Sequence record: SRR22947727_2435
Direction: 5' to 3' (one strand)
DNA: 64,000 nt
The notes beneath the pieces are model-generated. The model was not told the origin of the DNA and searched no databases. It worked only from the letters and a program-made list of their open reading frames with translations. This document shows, in pieces, positions 50,207-59,194 of this stretch. A program made the position numbers and the translations under genes. Within the stretch, counting starts at the first letter, position 1. The number at the start of each line of letters is the position of its first letter.

Positions 50207-53200
50207 ATGAAGGACACATCGACACTTCCCATGCCCGCTCGCTCCGAGCAGCTCATGTCGGAGCTGAATGAGCGGGTGATCATCGCCGATGGCGCAATGG
50301 GAACAATGCTCCAAGACGCCGCACCCTCGCTGGAAGACTTCCAGGGCCTCGAAGGTTGCAACGAAATCCTGAATGTCACCAGACCGGACATTATCGAGTC
50401 CATCCACGACGCCTACTTCGACACCGGGGTTGACTCCGTTGAAACCAACACGTTCGGAGCTAACTGGTCAAACCTCTCGGATTATGAGATTGATGATCGG
50501 ATCGAGGAGCTCGCCGAAGCAGGAGCGGCTATTGGTCGGAAATCGGCGGAAAAATACGAGGCGCAGGATGGCCGCATGCGCTGGGTATTGGGCTCGATGG
50601 GCCCTGGGACCAAACTTCCATCACTCGGTCACACCACCTACCAACACCTGAAGGACACCTTTGCTCTGCAGGCACTCGGCCTTATCAAGGGTGGGGTTGA
50701 TGCCTTCATGATTGAGACGTCCCAAGACCTCCTCCAAACCAAGGCGGCCATCAATGGCTGCAAGGCAGCCATGCTGGAGGCAGGAACCCGCCTCCCCCTC
50801 TTTGTCGAAGTAACGGTGGAGACCACCGGGACCATGCTGATGGGCTCCGAAATCAACGCCGCTCTGACCGCACTCGAGCCACTGGGCATTGACATGATCG
50901 GCTTGAACTGCGCGACAGGTCCCCAGGAGATGAGTGAGCACCTGCGCCAGCTCTCTCAACACTCGAGAATTCCCGTCATGGTGATGCCCAACGCCGGCCT
51001 CCCCGTCCTCGCCGCCAATGGTGCGAGCTATCCGCTGGGGCCAGAGGAGCTTGCGACCGCTCACGAGCAGTTCGTCAAAGAATTTGGGCTCTCGATGGTG
51101 GGTGGATGCTGCGGAACGACGCCGGCCCACCTCAGCGCCGTGGTGAAAAGGCTGGGAGGAAACAAACCTGCTACCCGGTCACCCCAGCCGGAACCAGGTG
51201 TGGCGAGCCTGTATCAGCACGTTCCCCTCACCCAGGACAATACCTACCTCGCCATTGGTGAGCGAACCAATGCGAATGGATCGAAAGCCTTCCGGGAAGC
51301 CCTTCTTGAGGGCCGTATCGAGGACTGCGTTGACATCGCCAAGAAGCAGGTGCGCGATGGTGCTCACCTTCTCGACGTTTGTATTGACTATGTGGGTCGC
51401 GATGGGGTGGCAGATATTCAAGAGATCGTCACCAGACTTGCCCAGGCCTCCACACTCCCCCTTGTCATTGACTCGACAGAGCCCGCCGTCATCAAAGCGG
51501 GAATGGAGCTGATTGGCGGGCGACCTGTCGTCAACTCGGTCAACTTCGAAGACGGAGAAGGACCCGGTTCACGATTCGACACCATTATGCCCCTGGTCAA
51601 GGAGCACGGCGCTGCCGTTATCGCCTTGACCATCGATGAAGAGGGTCAGGCCAGAACTCAAGCTGACAAGGTCAGAATCGCGAGCCGCCTCATCGACACC
51701 CTGGTGGATAAGTGGGGTCTGCGCCGGGAAGACATCATCGTGGATTGTTTGACCTTCCCGATCGCGACGGGGCAGGAAGAGACCAGACGTGATGCCATCG
51801 AAACCGTCGAGGCAATCCGAGAGATCACCACCACGTATCCAGGCGTCCACACCACGTTGGGGGTGTCAAACGTGTCGTTTGGTCTGAACGCTGCGTCACG
51901 TGCTGTCTTGAACTCGGTATTCCTTCACGAAGCCACCGAAGCCGGACTCGACACCGCCATCATTGACGCGGCAAAAATCATGCCGCTGGCGAGCATCCCG
52001 GAGGAGCAGAAGAAAGTCGCCCTGGACATGATCTGGGATAAGCGCGAATACGACGGGGAGGGGAACCTCACCTACGACCCGCTCTCCACCATGCTCGACA
52101 TGTTCGATGGCGTGGATTCAGCAGCGCTCAAAGACCAGCGCCAAGCCGAACTGGCAGCGCTCAGCGTGACAGACCGCCTCGAGCGACGAATCATTGATGG
52201 AGAAGCCAAGGGCCTGGAGGCAGATCTTGACCTCGCCCGGAGCGAAGGCACCGCCCCACTCGACATCATCAATGATCACTTGCTGGCAGGAATGCAGGTA
52301 GTAGGGCAGCGCTTCGCCAGCGGCGAGATGCAACTGCCCTTTGTGCTGCAATCAGCCGAAGTAATGAAGGCAGCAGTTGCGCTGTTGGAGCCTCACATGG
52401 AGAAATCCAGCGAAGCAGGCAAAGGCACCATGGTGTTGGCGACCGTCAGAGGAGATGTCCACGACATCGGGAAAAACCTTGTCGACATTATCCTCACCAA
52501 CAACGGCTACAACGTGGTCAACATTGGAATCAAGCAGACCATCAACGACATCATTGCTGCAGCCGAGGAACACAACGCCGATGTCATCGGTATGAGTGGG
52601 CTACTGGTGAAGTCCACGGTCGTCATGAAGGAAAATCTGGAAGAAATCTCCTCCCGAGGCCTCGCCAAAAAGTGGCCCATCATCCTCGGCGGCGCCGCTC
52701 TGACCCGAGCTTTCGTGGAAGAAGACCTGGCAGGAGCCTTCGACGGCGTCGTTCGTTACGCGAAGGATGCTTTTGAGGGCCTCGACCTTATGGAGCCTCT
52801 CGTGGCAGTCTCCCGTGGTGCCGACCCCGACAGTGTGGGGCTGCCAGCACTGAAGAAGCGCATCTACCCGAAGAGCACTCTTGTGGTCACAGAGCCCGAG
52901 AACATGCCTGAGCGCTCAGATGTCGCCAGGGACAACCCCATCCCCGCTCCTCCGTTCTGGGGTTCGCGCATTGTTAAGGGCTTCCCCCTCGCCGACTATG
53001 CAGCATTCCTCGATGAGCGGGCCACATTCATGGGCCAGTGGGGGCTGAAACCGGGTCGTGGCGAGGATGGTGCGAGTTACGAGGAGTTGGTTGCTACCGA
53101 GGGCAAGCCACGCTTGCGGTATTGGATGGATCGTCTCCTCTCGGAGAAGATTATGGATCCAGCCGTTGTATATGGATATTTCCCCGTCGTCTCCGATGGC

Positions 53201-53800
53201 CACGACGTCATTGTTTTGCACCACGGAACAGATGATTCCGGTGTTTTGGGAACCCCCGGGATTTTGGCGCCAGATGGCGGATCAGGTGGCGCAATAGGGT
53301 CCGAGCGTCTTCGCTTCACCTTCCCGCGCCAGAGACGAGACCGCCACCTGTGTCTCGCTGACTTTGTAAAGCCGAAAGACTCTGGACAAGTCGATGTCAT
53401 GGCGTTCCAACTCGTCACCGCGGGTGCGAGCATTGATGCTTTCGCTCAGACTCTCTTCGCAGGAGACTCTTACCGGGACTACCTCGAGCTGAATGGTCTT
53501 GCTATGCAACTGACGGAAGCTTTGGCGGAGTATTGGCACTCCCAAATCCGTGCCGAGTGGGGTTTTGGTCACGAGGACCCGAGTGACCTCTCTGACATTC
53601 TTGGAGTGAAATACCGTGGAGCGCGGTTCTCACTCGGATACCCGGCATGCCCTGACATGGAAGACCGCACCAAAGTTGTGGAGCTTCTGAAGCCTGAGCG
53701 CATCGGTGTGGAACTCTCCGAGGAACTCCAGCTTCACCCCGAGCAGTCAACGGATGCTTTTGTCTTCCACCACCCCGAGGCCAAGTACTTCTCGGTCTAA
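50207..53800 (+). CDS. metH: Cobalamin-dependent methionine synthase
   Basis: DGAMGT, GLNCATGP, GGCCGT, IGERTN, GDVHDIGKN (DxHxxG), SGLL and GYPACPD motifs. Confidence 0.97.
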   Translation: MKDTSTLPMPARSEQLMSELNERVIIADGAMGTMLQDAAPSLEDFQGLEGCNEILNVTRPDIIESIHDAYFDTGVDSVETNTFGANWSNLSDYEIDDRIEELAEAGAAIGRKSAEKYEAQDGRMRWVLGSMGPGTKLPSLGHTTYQHLKDTFALQALGLIKGGVDAFMIETSQDLLQTKAAINGCKAAMLEAGTRLPLFVEVTVETTGTMLMGSEINAALTALEPLGIDMIGLNCATGPQEMSEHLRQLSQHSRIPVMVMPNAGLPVLAANGASYPLGPEELATAHEQFVKEFGLSMVGGCCGTTPAHLSAVVKRLGGNKPATRSPQPEPGVASLYQHVPLTQDNTYLAIGERTNANGSKAFREALLEGRIEDCVDIAKKQVRDGAHLLDVCIDYVGRDGVADIQEIVTRLAQASTLPLVIDSTEPAVIKAGMELIGGRPVVNSVNFEDGEGPGSRFDTIMPLVKEHGAAVIALTIDEEGQARTQADKVRIASRLIDTLVDKWGLRREDIIVDCLTFPIATGQEETRRDAIETVEAIREITTTYPGVHTTLGVSNVSFGLNAASRAVLNSVFLHEATEAGLDTAIIDAAKIMPLASIPEEQKKVALDMIWDKREYDGEGNLTYDPLSTMLDMFDGVDSAALKDQRQAELAALSVTDRLERRIIDGEAKGLEADLDLARSEGTAPLDIINDHLLAGMQVVGQRFASGEMQLPFVLQSAEVMKAAVALLEPHMEKSSEAGKGTMVLATVRGDVHDIGKNLVDIILTNNGYNVVNIGIKQTINDIIAAAEEHNADVIGMSGLLVKSTVVMKENLEEISSRGLAKKWPIILGGAALTRAFVEEDLAGAFDGVVRYAKDAFEGLDLMEPLVAVSRGADPDSVGLPALKKRIYPKSTLVVTEPENMPERSDVARDNPIPAPPFWGSRIVKGFPLADYAAFLDERATFMGQWGLKPGRGEDGASYEELVATEGKPRLRYWMDRLLSEKIMDPAVVYGYFPVVSDGHDVIVLHHGTDDSGVLGTPGILAPDGGSGGAIGSERLRFTFPRQRRDRHLCLADFVKPKDSGQVDVMAFQLVTAGASIDAFAQTLFAGDSYRDYLELNGLAMQLTEALAEYWHSQIRAEWGFGHEDPSDLSDILGVKYRGARFSLGYPACPDMEDRTKVVELLKPERIGVELSEELQLHPEQSTDAFVFHHPEAKYFSV

Positions 53801-54580
53801 CTCGTCCCTCGTATACACCCGTCGAAGAGCGCGAAGAGCTGCTCCTCCGACCAACACCAGAGTCACCACTGTGGTGATGGCGCGGACGGTGTCCCAGGTG
53901 AGGGTCGATGTTGCGAGGCTATACAGAAGAAAACTTGCGAGGTTCTCACCCCACGATGCTCCGCTGTCGAGTGAAATTGATGTCTCAGGCCCGACAGCCA
54001 CAGGCCAGAACCATAAGTTCATCAGCAGACCAAACAGGTAGGACGCGACAACTCCATAGGCCGCGAGCAAGACGACTTCCCTTCGGCTACCCACTCCGAA
54101 TTGCCGCCCCCATGGTGTGGGGATGAGTCCAGCCCCCAGCCCCACCCAGCCAAGCGCAATCATTTGGTAGGGCGCCCAAGGGCCAAACCCTCCCCACACC
54201 AGAGAGGACAGAGCAATGGCCAACACTCCCACCACGAACCCTGGTCGCGCTCCCAGCGCCCTTCCCGCAAGGATGACAACGACAAAAACTAACTCGAATC
54301 CGCCAAAGCCGGTGGAGAGCACTCGAGCGAGTGCCGCCACCCCAGCCAGTACCCCCACGAGGGCCAGAGTGTTGACTGAGCGCAGACGTGTATCCGCCAT
54401 CAGGGACAGCACCACAACTATCACCGGGATTGCCACCAACGAGAGAGTGATTGCCGCACCCACCTCGACGAGCCCAGATCCCGCGAAGAGTGGCCAGGCA
54501 AACACCCCCAGAGCAACTATGGAGAACACCACAAAGATGTGACGAGAATAGTCAGTGCGCTTGGCACGAGTGTTAAACAT
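53747..54580 (-). CDS. ECF transporter S component (CbrT-like, probable cobalamin)
   Basis: ILAGRALGARPGF, GGFGPWAPYQM, GLLMNLWFWP and WDTVRA motifs; hydrophobic; ATG 54580. Confidence 0.8.
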   Translation of the reverse strand: MFNTRAKRTDYSRHIFVVFSIVALGVFAWPLFAGSGLVEVGAAITLSLVAIPVIVVVLSLMADTRLRSVNTLALVGVLAGVAALARVLSTGFGGFELVFVVVILAGRALGARPGFVVGVLAIALSSLVWGGFGPWAPYQMIALGWVGLGAGLIPTPWGRQFGVGSRREVVLLAAYGVVASYLFGLLMNLWFWPVAVGPETSISLDSGASWGENLASFLLYSLATSTLTWDTVRAITTVVTLVLVGGAALRALRRVYTRDELDREVLGLGVVEDKSIR

Positions 54581-56432
54581 GCACCACACCACCCTCCACG
54601 GCGGTCAATGTTCCCCCTGCTAGCCGCAGTACACGGTCATGACCTCCTGCCACAAAATCATCATCGTGGGACGCGCTGATGATGGCTGTTCCTGTTTCTT
54701 GAACACACGCCAGAACTTCAGCCAAGGCAGCCTTCGCTCCTGCATCGAGGCCGCGCGTGGGTTCATCGAGGGCCAGCACAAGTGGTTTATGAGACATTTG
54801 CAGAGCAATGGCCACTGCTGTCTGCTGTCCCCGGGATAGGTCGCGGGGATGGGTCGCTTCAGAACGCTCCACCACGTCATGCCTCCACTCGCCAGGCAGC
54901 AAGGACTCGAGAGTGGCTCGTGTGAACCCTTCGGGCAGTCCTAACTCCCGATCAGTGAAGGCAAGCTCCTCAGCCAACGTCTCTGCCACGAACATTTCCG
55001 ATGGGTTGGTCGGCACATACGCCAGACGGGACGGGTTGGAGTCGCTGAGGATGAACAACTCCTCCAACAGGGTGGTTTTACCCGCACCGCTGTCACCGAT
55101 AACAATGACCGATTCGCCTCGACGAATATCCAAGCTCACATCGTCAAAAATGACTCTCTGCCCTTTGGTGGCGCGCAAAGAGTCAACCTGGAATACGACG
55201 TCAGACTCGGGTGGAGTAACGTCCGTGCGGGCAGGCAGCGCGGTCTGGGGAGGAACAAAATGCCCTGGAGTAATTCCTGACGAACCCAGCTGAACAAAAT
55301 CCCCCGGCCAGTTCGTCGATGAAACATGACCGTGATCCGTCATCAGCACTGCGCCACCAGAACTGGTGACATAAGCACTAAGCGCCGTGAGGACCTGGCC
55401 TCGCCTCACACGGTCCAAGACTCCTAAGGGTTCATCGAGAAGAAGTAGCTGGGGCTTTCGCACCAATGCCGCAAGGATTCCGACAAGGACCGCCTCACCC
55501 TCGGAAATATCTCCGGGGTGACGAGTAGCAAGGTAGCCAATCTCCCACTCACCCAGGAGCTCCTCAGAGCAAACACGCGCGTCCAGCCGGGAGACACCCT
55601 GCACAACAAGACTGAATGCAATCTCATCCTGAACGCTACCTGACAGGAAAAGGCTTCGGGGATCGTGAGGGACATAGCCCACTGATGACGGGCTAAGCGA
55701 CGATACGAGCGAGCCGGTTGCGGGCACCGAGTGGGGGAAATCCAATACTCCAGCAAGCGCGTCCATGACAGATGTCTTGCCTGCTCCCGTTTCTCCGGTC
55801 ATCAGGACCATGGAACCGGGACGAACAGTCCACGAAATCTCCGACACCCCTCGGGAGGGAATCGAGAACGCATCCAGCTGAACGAGGTCCTTCCGCTCTG
55901 GTCTGGTCTCCTCCCGGCTTGCTACAACGCCCCTGGCATGAAGAGCCTTAGCGATTCCCACAGCCCGCTCAAGAGTTTTCTCCAAGAACGGGACAAACAG
56001 CACTCGCCGCGTAGCGATTCCTCGAACCGTGGCGAAGTATCGGGTTCGACGCGCACTCTCGACCAACAGTGGCAGGGTCGCCACAGCGATAACGAAGGCA
56101 ACGACAGTGGCTTTGCCCCATCGAAGGCGAGGGATGAGAAAGACGACAGACCGGAGATCGACCAGCGCGACAAGGGCTCCTGTGACAAGGATCACCGCTG
56201 CAAAAGGAAGCGCAGACCACGCTGCGGCGACAAGCCCCTCCGCGGTGACCGGGCCAAAAAGCACAATATGACTAAAGGGGCCGGACAGGCGGAGCCTGGG
56301 AAGAACCCACAACACCGTCTCTCCCGATGTGGCGCCACCCAATGCCGCCCGATAGACCATTCTCATCAGCACAAACCCCAGGGCAGCCAGCATCGCTATC
56401 GCGATGAGAAAGGGTGGTGTGGGTCGAGTCAT
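54573..56432 (-). CDS. ECF transporter T-component fused to tandem ABC ATPase domains
   Basis: N-terminal TM helices ending LERAVGIAKALHARG; GETGAGKT/LLLLDEP and GDSGAGKT/LSRGQQ/LDEPTRGLD motifs. Confidence 0.78.
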   Translation of the reverse strand: MTRPTPPFLIAIAMLAALGFVLMRMVYRAALGGATSGETVLWVLPRLRLSGPFSHIVLFGPVTAEGLVAAAWSALPFAAVILVTGALVALVDLRSVVFLIPRLRWGKATVVAFVIAVATLPLLVESARRTRYFATVRGIATRRVLFVPFLEKTLERAVGIAKALHARGVVASREETRPERKDLVQLDAFSIPSRGVSEISWTVRPGSMVLMTGETGAGKTSVMDALAGVLDFPHSVPATGSLVSSLSPSSVGYVPHDPRSLFLSGSVQDEIAFSLVVQGVSRLDARVCSEELLGEWEIGYLATRHPGDISEGEAVLVGILAALVRKPQLLLLDEPLGVLDRVRRGQVLTALSAYVTSSGGAVLMTDHGHVSSTNWPGDFVQLGSSGITPGHFVPPQTALPARTDVTPPESDVVFQVDSLRATKGQRVIFDDVSLDIRRGESVIVIGDSGAGKTTLLEELFILSDSNPSRLAYVPTNPSEMFVAETLAEELAFTDRELGLPEGFTRATLESLLPGEWRHDVVERSEATHPRDLSRGQQTAVAIALQMSHKPLVLALDEPTRGLDAGAKAALAEVLACVQETGTAIISASHDDDFVAGGHDRVLRLAGGTLTAVEGGVVHV

Positions 56433-56435
56433 GGG

Positions 56436-56942
56436 CTAGGGATCAGAAGGGACTGGAGTCTCTCCCCCTGTGGAGAAGGCCAAGCCAACGGTCATTCCTG
56501 GCTCCAAGGGCAGCGTCGCAACACCTTCCTCGGCATACGACCACTCTGCGTCACCATCGCTCTTGACCCACAGAGCCCAATACGCAAAGGCAGGAGGCAT
56601 ATCCGCACAGCTCTCCAGGTGAGGGTCTTCGCCCTCCACGACGAAAGCTCCGTCCTCAGAGGGCAAACCGTTCACCCGACAGACAACCTGATCGCCATAG
56701 GTGTCCGTTCCTTCGGTGGTGATGCCAGCAAAACGAAGAACATCTGTGGCAACTGCGCTCGGGTCAGAAAACTCCACACAGGTGACATCGCGGTCACTCG
56801 AGAGAATGCCGTAGTTCACCATGACCGTGACACCCTCACACGCTTCGGGGTCACCCAGAGTGAAAGCTTCCGCCGGAGAGGCAGCACACCCCGCAAGAAC
56901 CAAGAGTGATGATGCTGTGAGAGCAAAAGCAGAAGTGCGCAT
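56436..56942 (-). CDS. Lipoprotein associated with the ECF operon
   Basis: LAGC lipobox; VVCRVNGLP, C..MPPAFAYWALW and WSYAEEG motifs; GGAGG RBS. Confidence 0.75.
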   Translation of the reverse strand: MRTSAFALTASSLLVLAGCAASPAEAFTLGDPEACEGVTVMVNYGILSSDRDVTCVEFSDPSAVATDVLRFAGITTEGTDTYGDQVVCRVNGLPSEDGAFVVEGEDPHLESCADMPPAFAYWALWVKSDGDAEWSYAEEGVATLPLEPGMTVGLAFSTGGETPVPSDP

Positions 56943-56992
56943 TTCTTTATCCTCCGGAGATGAGACTCATCCGGGGCTCCGGTTCCCTTAGC

Positions 56993-57928
56993 CTAACTGC
57001 CCGCCTGGAGCGCGTCGTCAGAAAACGTCATCTTGGGCGCCTTAGGTCGACCAGCCCGCGTCAACAGTATGAACAAGGGGACAACCAGGAGCCCGACAAT
57101 ATTGTTGGTCCCCCACTCAATGGGGCCAGCCACAAACAGGGCATCTGCGGGAAGCGCACCACCCTCATACCCGACCACTAAAGCGGCGAAAAGGTTGTTC
57201 GAGAGGTGAGCCCCGATCGCAACCTCGAGGGATCGGTCTCGAACAGTGACCCAGGCCAGGGCGAACCCGACGGAGAAGTATCCAAGGAAGGCGCCGAGAA
57301 AATCTCCTGCGACCTCAGGGTTCAGAAGGTGCGGCAGAGAGAATGCCACACCACTGATGATGGAGAGCACCAGGATGTTGCCAATGCGCTTACCCGCCCA
57401 TTGGAGAATCCAGCCTCGAAAGAAGAGCTCCTCTGCCGTGGTTTGGACAGGCAACAGCAACAGACCAATGATGGCGAAGGGGATAAAGGTCTCTGGTTGA
57501 TAGTTGAAGCGATATTGGTCAGGAGTGGCAATCAGGCTGATGACGACAGGGCCGCCAATCAGAATCAACCACACCCAAAAACCCAGTCCTACTCTCCACC
57601 AGCGGAAGTCTCCCACTGTTGAGAAGAGATAGCGAAGCTTCACTCCCAAAATCCAGCGGTAAGCAAGGAGAACTCCCACAAACAGGGGAACAAAGGTAAT
57701 TAGGGCAAAGAACAGGAAACCCCACCCGGGCATCGCGCCGAGGACATCTCCCCCGTCGACCAAAACTGAGGGGTTGACCCCCGTGTAGGGAAGGAATACG
57801 AGTCCCAGCAGAGAACCACCGACGAGCCAGAGCAGAAGTATCACGATGGTTCCCAGGGACCAGCGCCATCCCCGGACGGGAGTTGGTGTCGTATACCGGG
57901 GAAGCGTGGAGCTGGTGCGCCGTCTCAT
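56993..57928 (-). CDS. CPBP (Abi/CAAX) family intramembrane metalloprotease
   Basis: QTTAEELFFRG, FSLPH and AIGAHLSNN motifs; start ATG 57928. Confidence 0.88.
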   Translation of the reverse strand: MRRRTSSTLPRYTTPTPVRGWRWSLGTIVILLLWLVGGSLLGLVFLPYTGVNPSVLVDGGDVLGAMPGWGFLFFALITFVPLFVGVLLAYRWILGVKLRYLFSTVGDFRWWRVGLGFWVWLILIGGPVVISLIATPDQYRFNYQPETFIPFAIIGLLLLPVQTTAEELFFRGWILQWAGKRIGNILVLSIISGVAFSLPHLLNPEVAGDFLGAFLGYFSVGFALAWVTVRDRSLEVAIGAHLSNNLFAALVVGYEGGALPADALFVAGPIEWGTNNIVGLLVVPLFILLTRAGRPKAPKMTFSDDALQAGS

Positions 57929-58042
57929 AACCTCATTGTCGCAACAAACCCTGAGGACCAAGCTCGGTCAGAAGGGCCCAGCAATCTAGGACAGAATGGA
58001 GACTCCCTGATTCCCGAAATTTCCGTGAGGCACAGTGTTTCC

Positions 58043-59194
58043 ATGAGCGATATTCGCGATGACACCCTCTCCGGTTTTCAGCAGATTTTTGGTTACGAAG
58101 CTCACGGGCTGTGGTCTGCCCCTGGAGAGTTGAGCCTGCTCGGCGACGATTCTGACTATGCCGATGGTTATGTCCTCTCGATTGCAATAAACCGTCGGAC
58201 TGCTGTTGCAGCTGGAGTCAGAAAAGATCGAAAATTGCGCGTTGCGAGCACGGAGGCCGACGAGATTGCAGAAATCTCGCTGGATTCTCTCGAGCCCGAT
58301 GCCGTGCATGGGTGGGCTGCGTATCCCTTAGGTGTGGCTTGGGCCCTTGGCCAATTTGGTGCAGACATTGCGGGAGTTCCCGGTCTTGACCTCTTCGTTG
58401 ACTCCGACGTCCCGGTAGGGGTGGGGCTTGGCTCATCGGCTGCACTGGAAACTGCCATTGCCGTTGCCCTCAACGATGCCTGGCAGTTATCTCTCGACAC
58501 CACCACTCTCGCCCGTGTCACCCAGCGCGCGGAAAAGTCTGTCGTGGGACGAACGACCGGCTTGGGTGACCACATTCCCTCGTTTGTCGCCGAAGATGAC
58601 AGCGCCATCCTGTTTGATAGTCGTTCCCTCGACTACGACCCGGTAAAACTCCACATGGCTGATGCTGAGCTCGCCATTCTTGTCATTGACACCGGCATTG
58701 AGCGCGCGGAGCCTCTCGACACCCTCCGGTTTAGCGAACGCGAGCAAGCGGTGGATGCCATCGGAGTTCCCTCACTACGGGATCTGTCCCCCAAGAGCTT
58801 GCCGGAGCACCGAGAATCGCTCTCCGACACCGTCTACCGACGGGCTCAACACATCGTGAACGAAAATCACCGCGTCCTCGATGCTGTGAAGGCTCTGCGG
58901 AATGACGGGGTCTATGCCCTTGGCGACATTATCCAGGCATCACAGAGCTCGTTGCGAGACGACTATGACGCATCCTGTTCAGAAATAGACCTCGCTATCG
59001 AGACTGCCCTGACCAACGGTGCGCTCGGTGCTCGCATGATTGGGCTTGGCAACTCGGGAACCGTCTATGCGCTTCTCGATGAGAGCACAATTTCAAGAGT
59101 TTTGGTCGGACTCGATGGCGCTTTCTCAGAACACGGTTTCCAGGCCCCGGCGACCTATGTTGTCGGACCTTCGAGAGGCGCCCTTAGACACTAA
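58043..59194 (+). CDS. Galactokinase-like GHMP protein with degenerate active-site motifs
   Basis: Full GalK layout (WAAYPLGV, VPVGVGLGSSAALE, RRAQHIVNENHRV, SLRDDY) but signature reads APGELSLLGDDSDY. Confidence 0.8.
   Translation: MSDIRDDTLSGFQQIFGYEAHGLWSAPGELSLLGDDSDYADGYVLSIAINRRTAVAAGVRKDRKLRVASTEADEIAEISLDSLEPDAVHGWAAYPLGVAWALGQFGADIAGVPGLDLFVDSDVPVGVGLGSSAALETAIAVALNDAWQLSLDTTTLARVTQRAEKSVVGRTTGLGDHIPSFVAEDDSAILFDSRSLDYDPVKLHMADAELAILVIDTGIERAEPLDTLRFSEREQAVDAIGVPSLRDLSPKSLPEHRESLSDTVYRRAQHIVNENHRVLDAVKALRNDGVYALGDIIQASQSSLRDDYDASCSEIDLAIETALTNGALGARMIGLGNSGTVYALLDESTISRVLVGLDGAFSEHGFQAPATYVVGPSRGALRH

Noticed and set aside
55731-56909. 392-aa plus-strand ORF
   Set aside because: Antisense shadow of the ECF genes, with no motifs and a composition typical of off-frame high-GC sequence.
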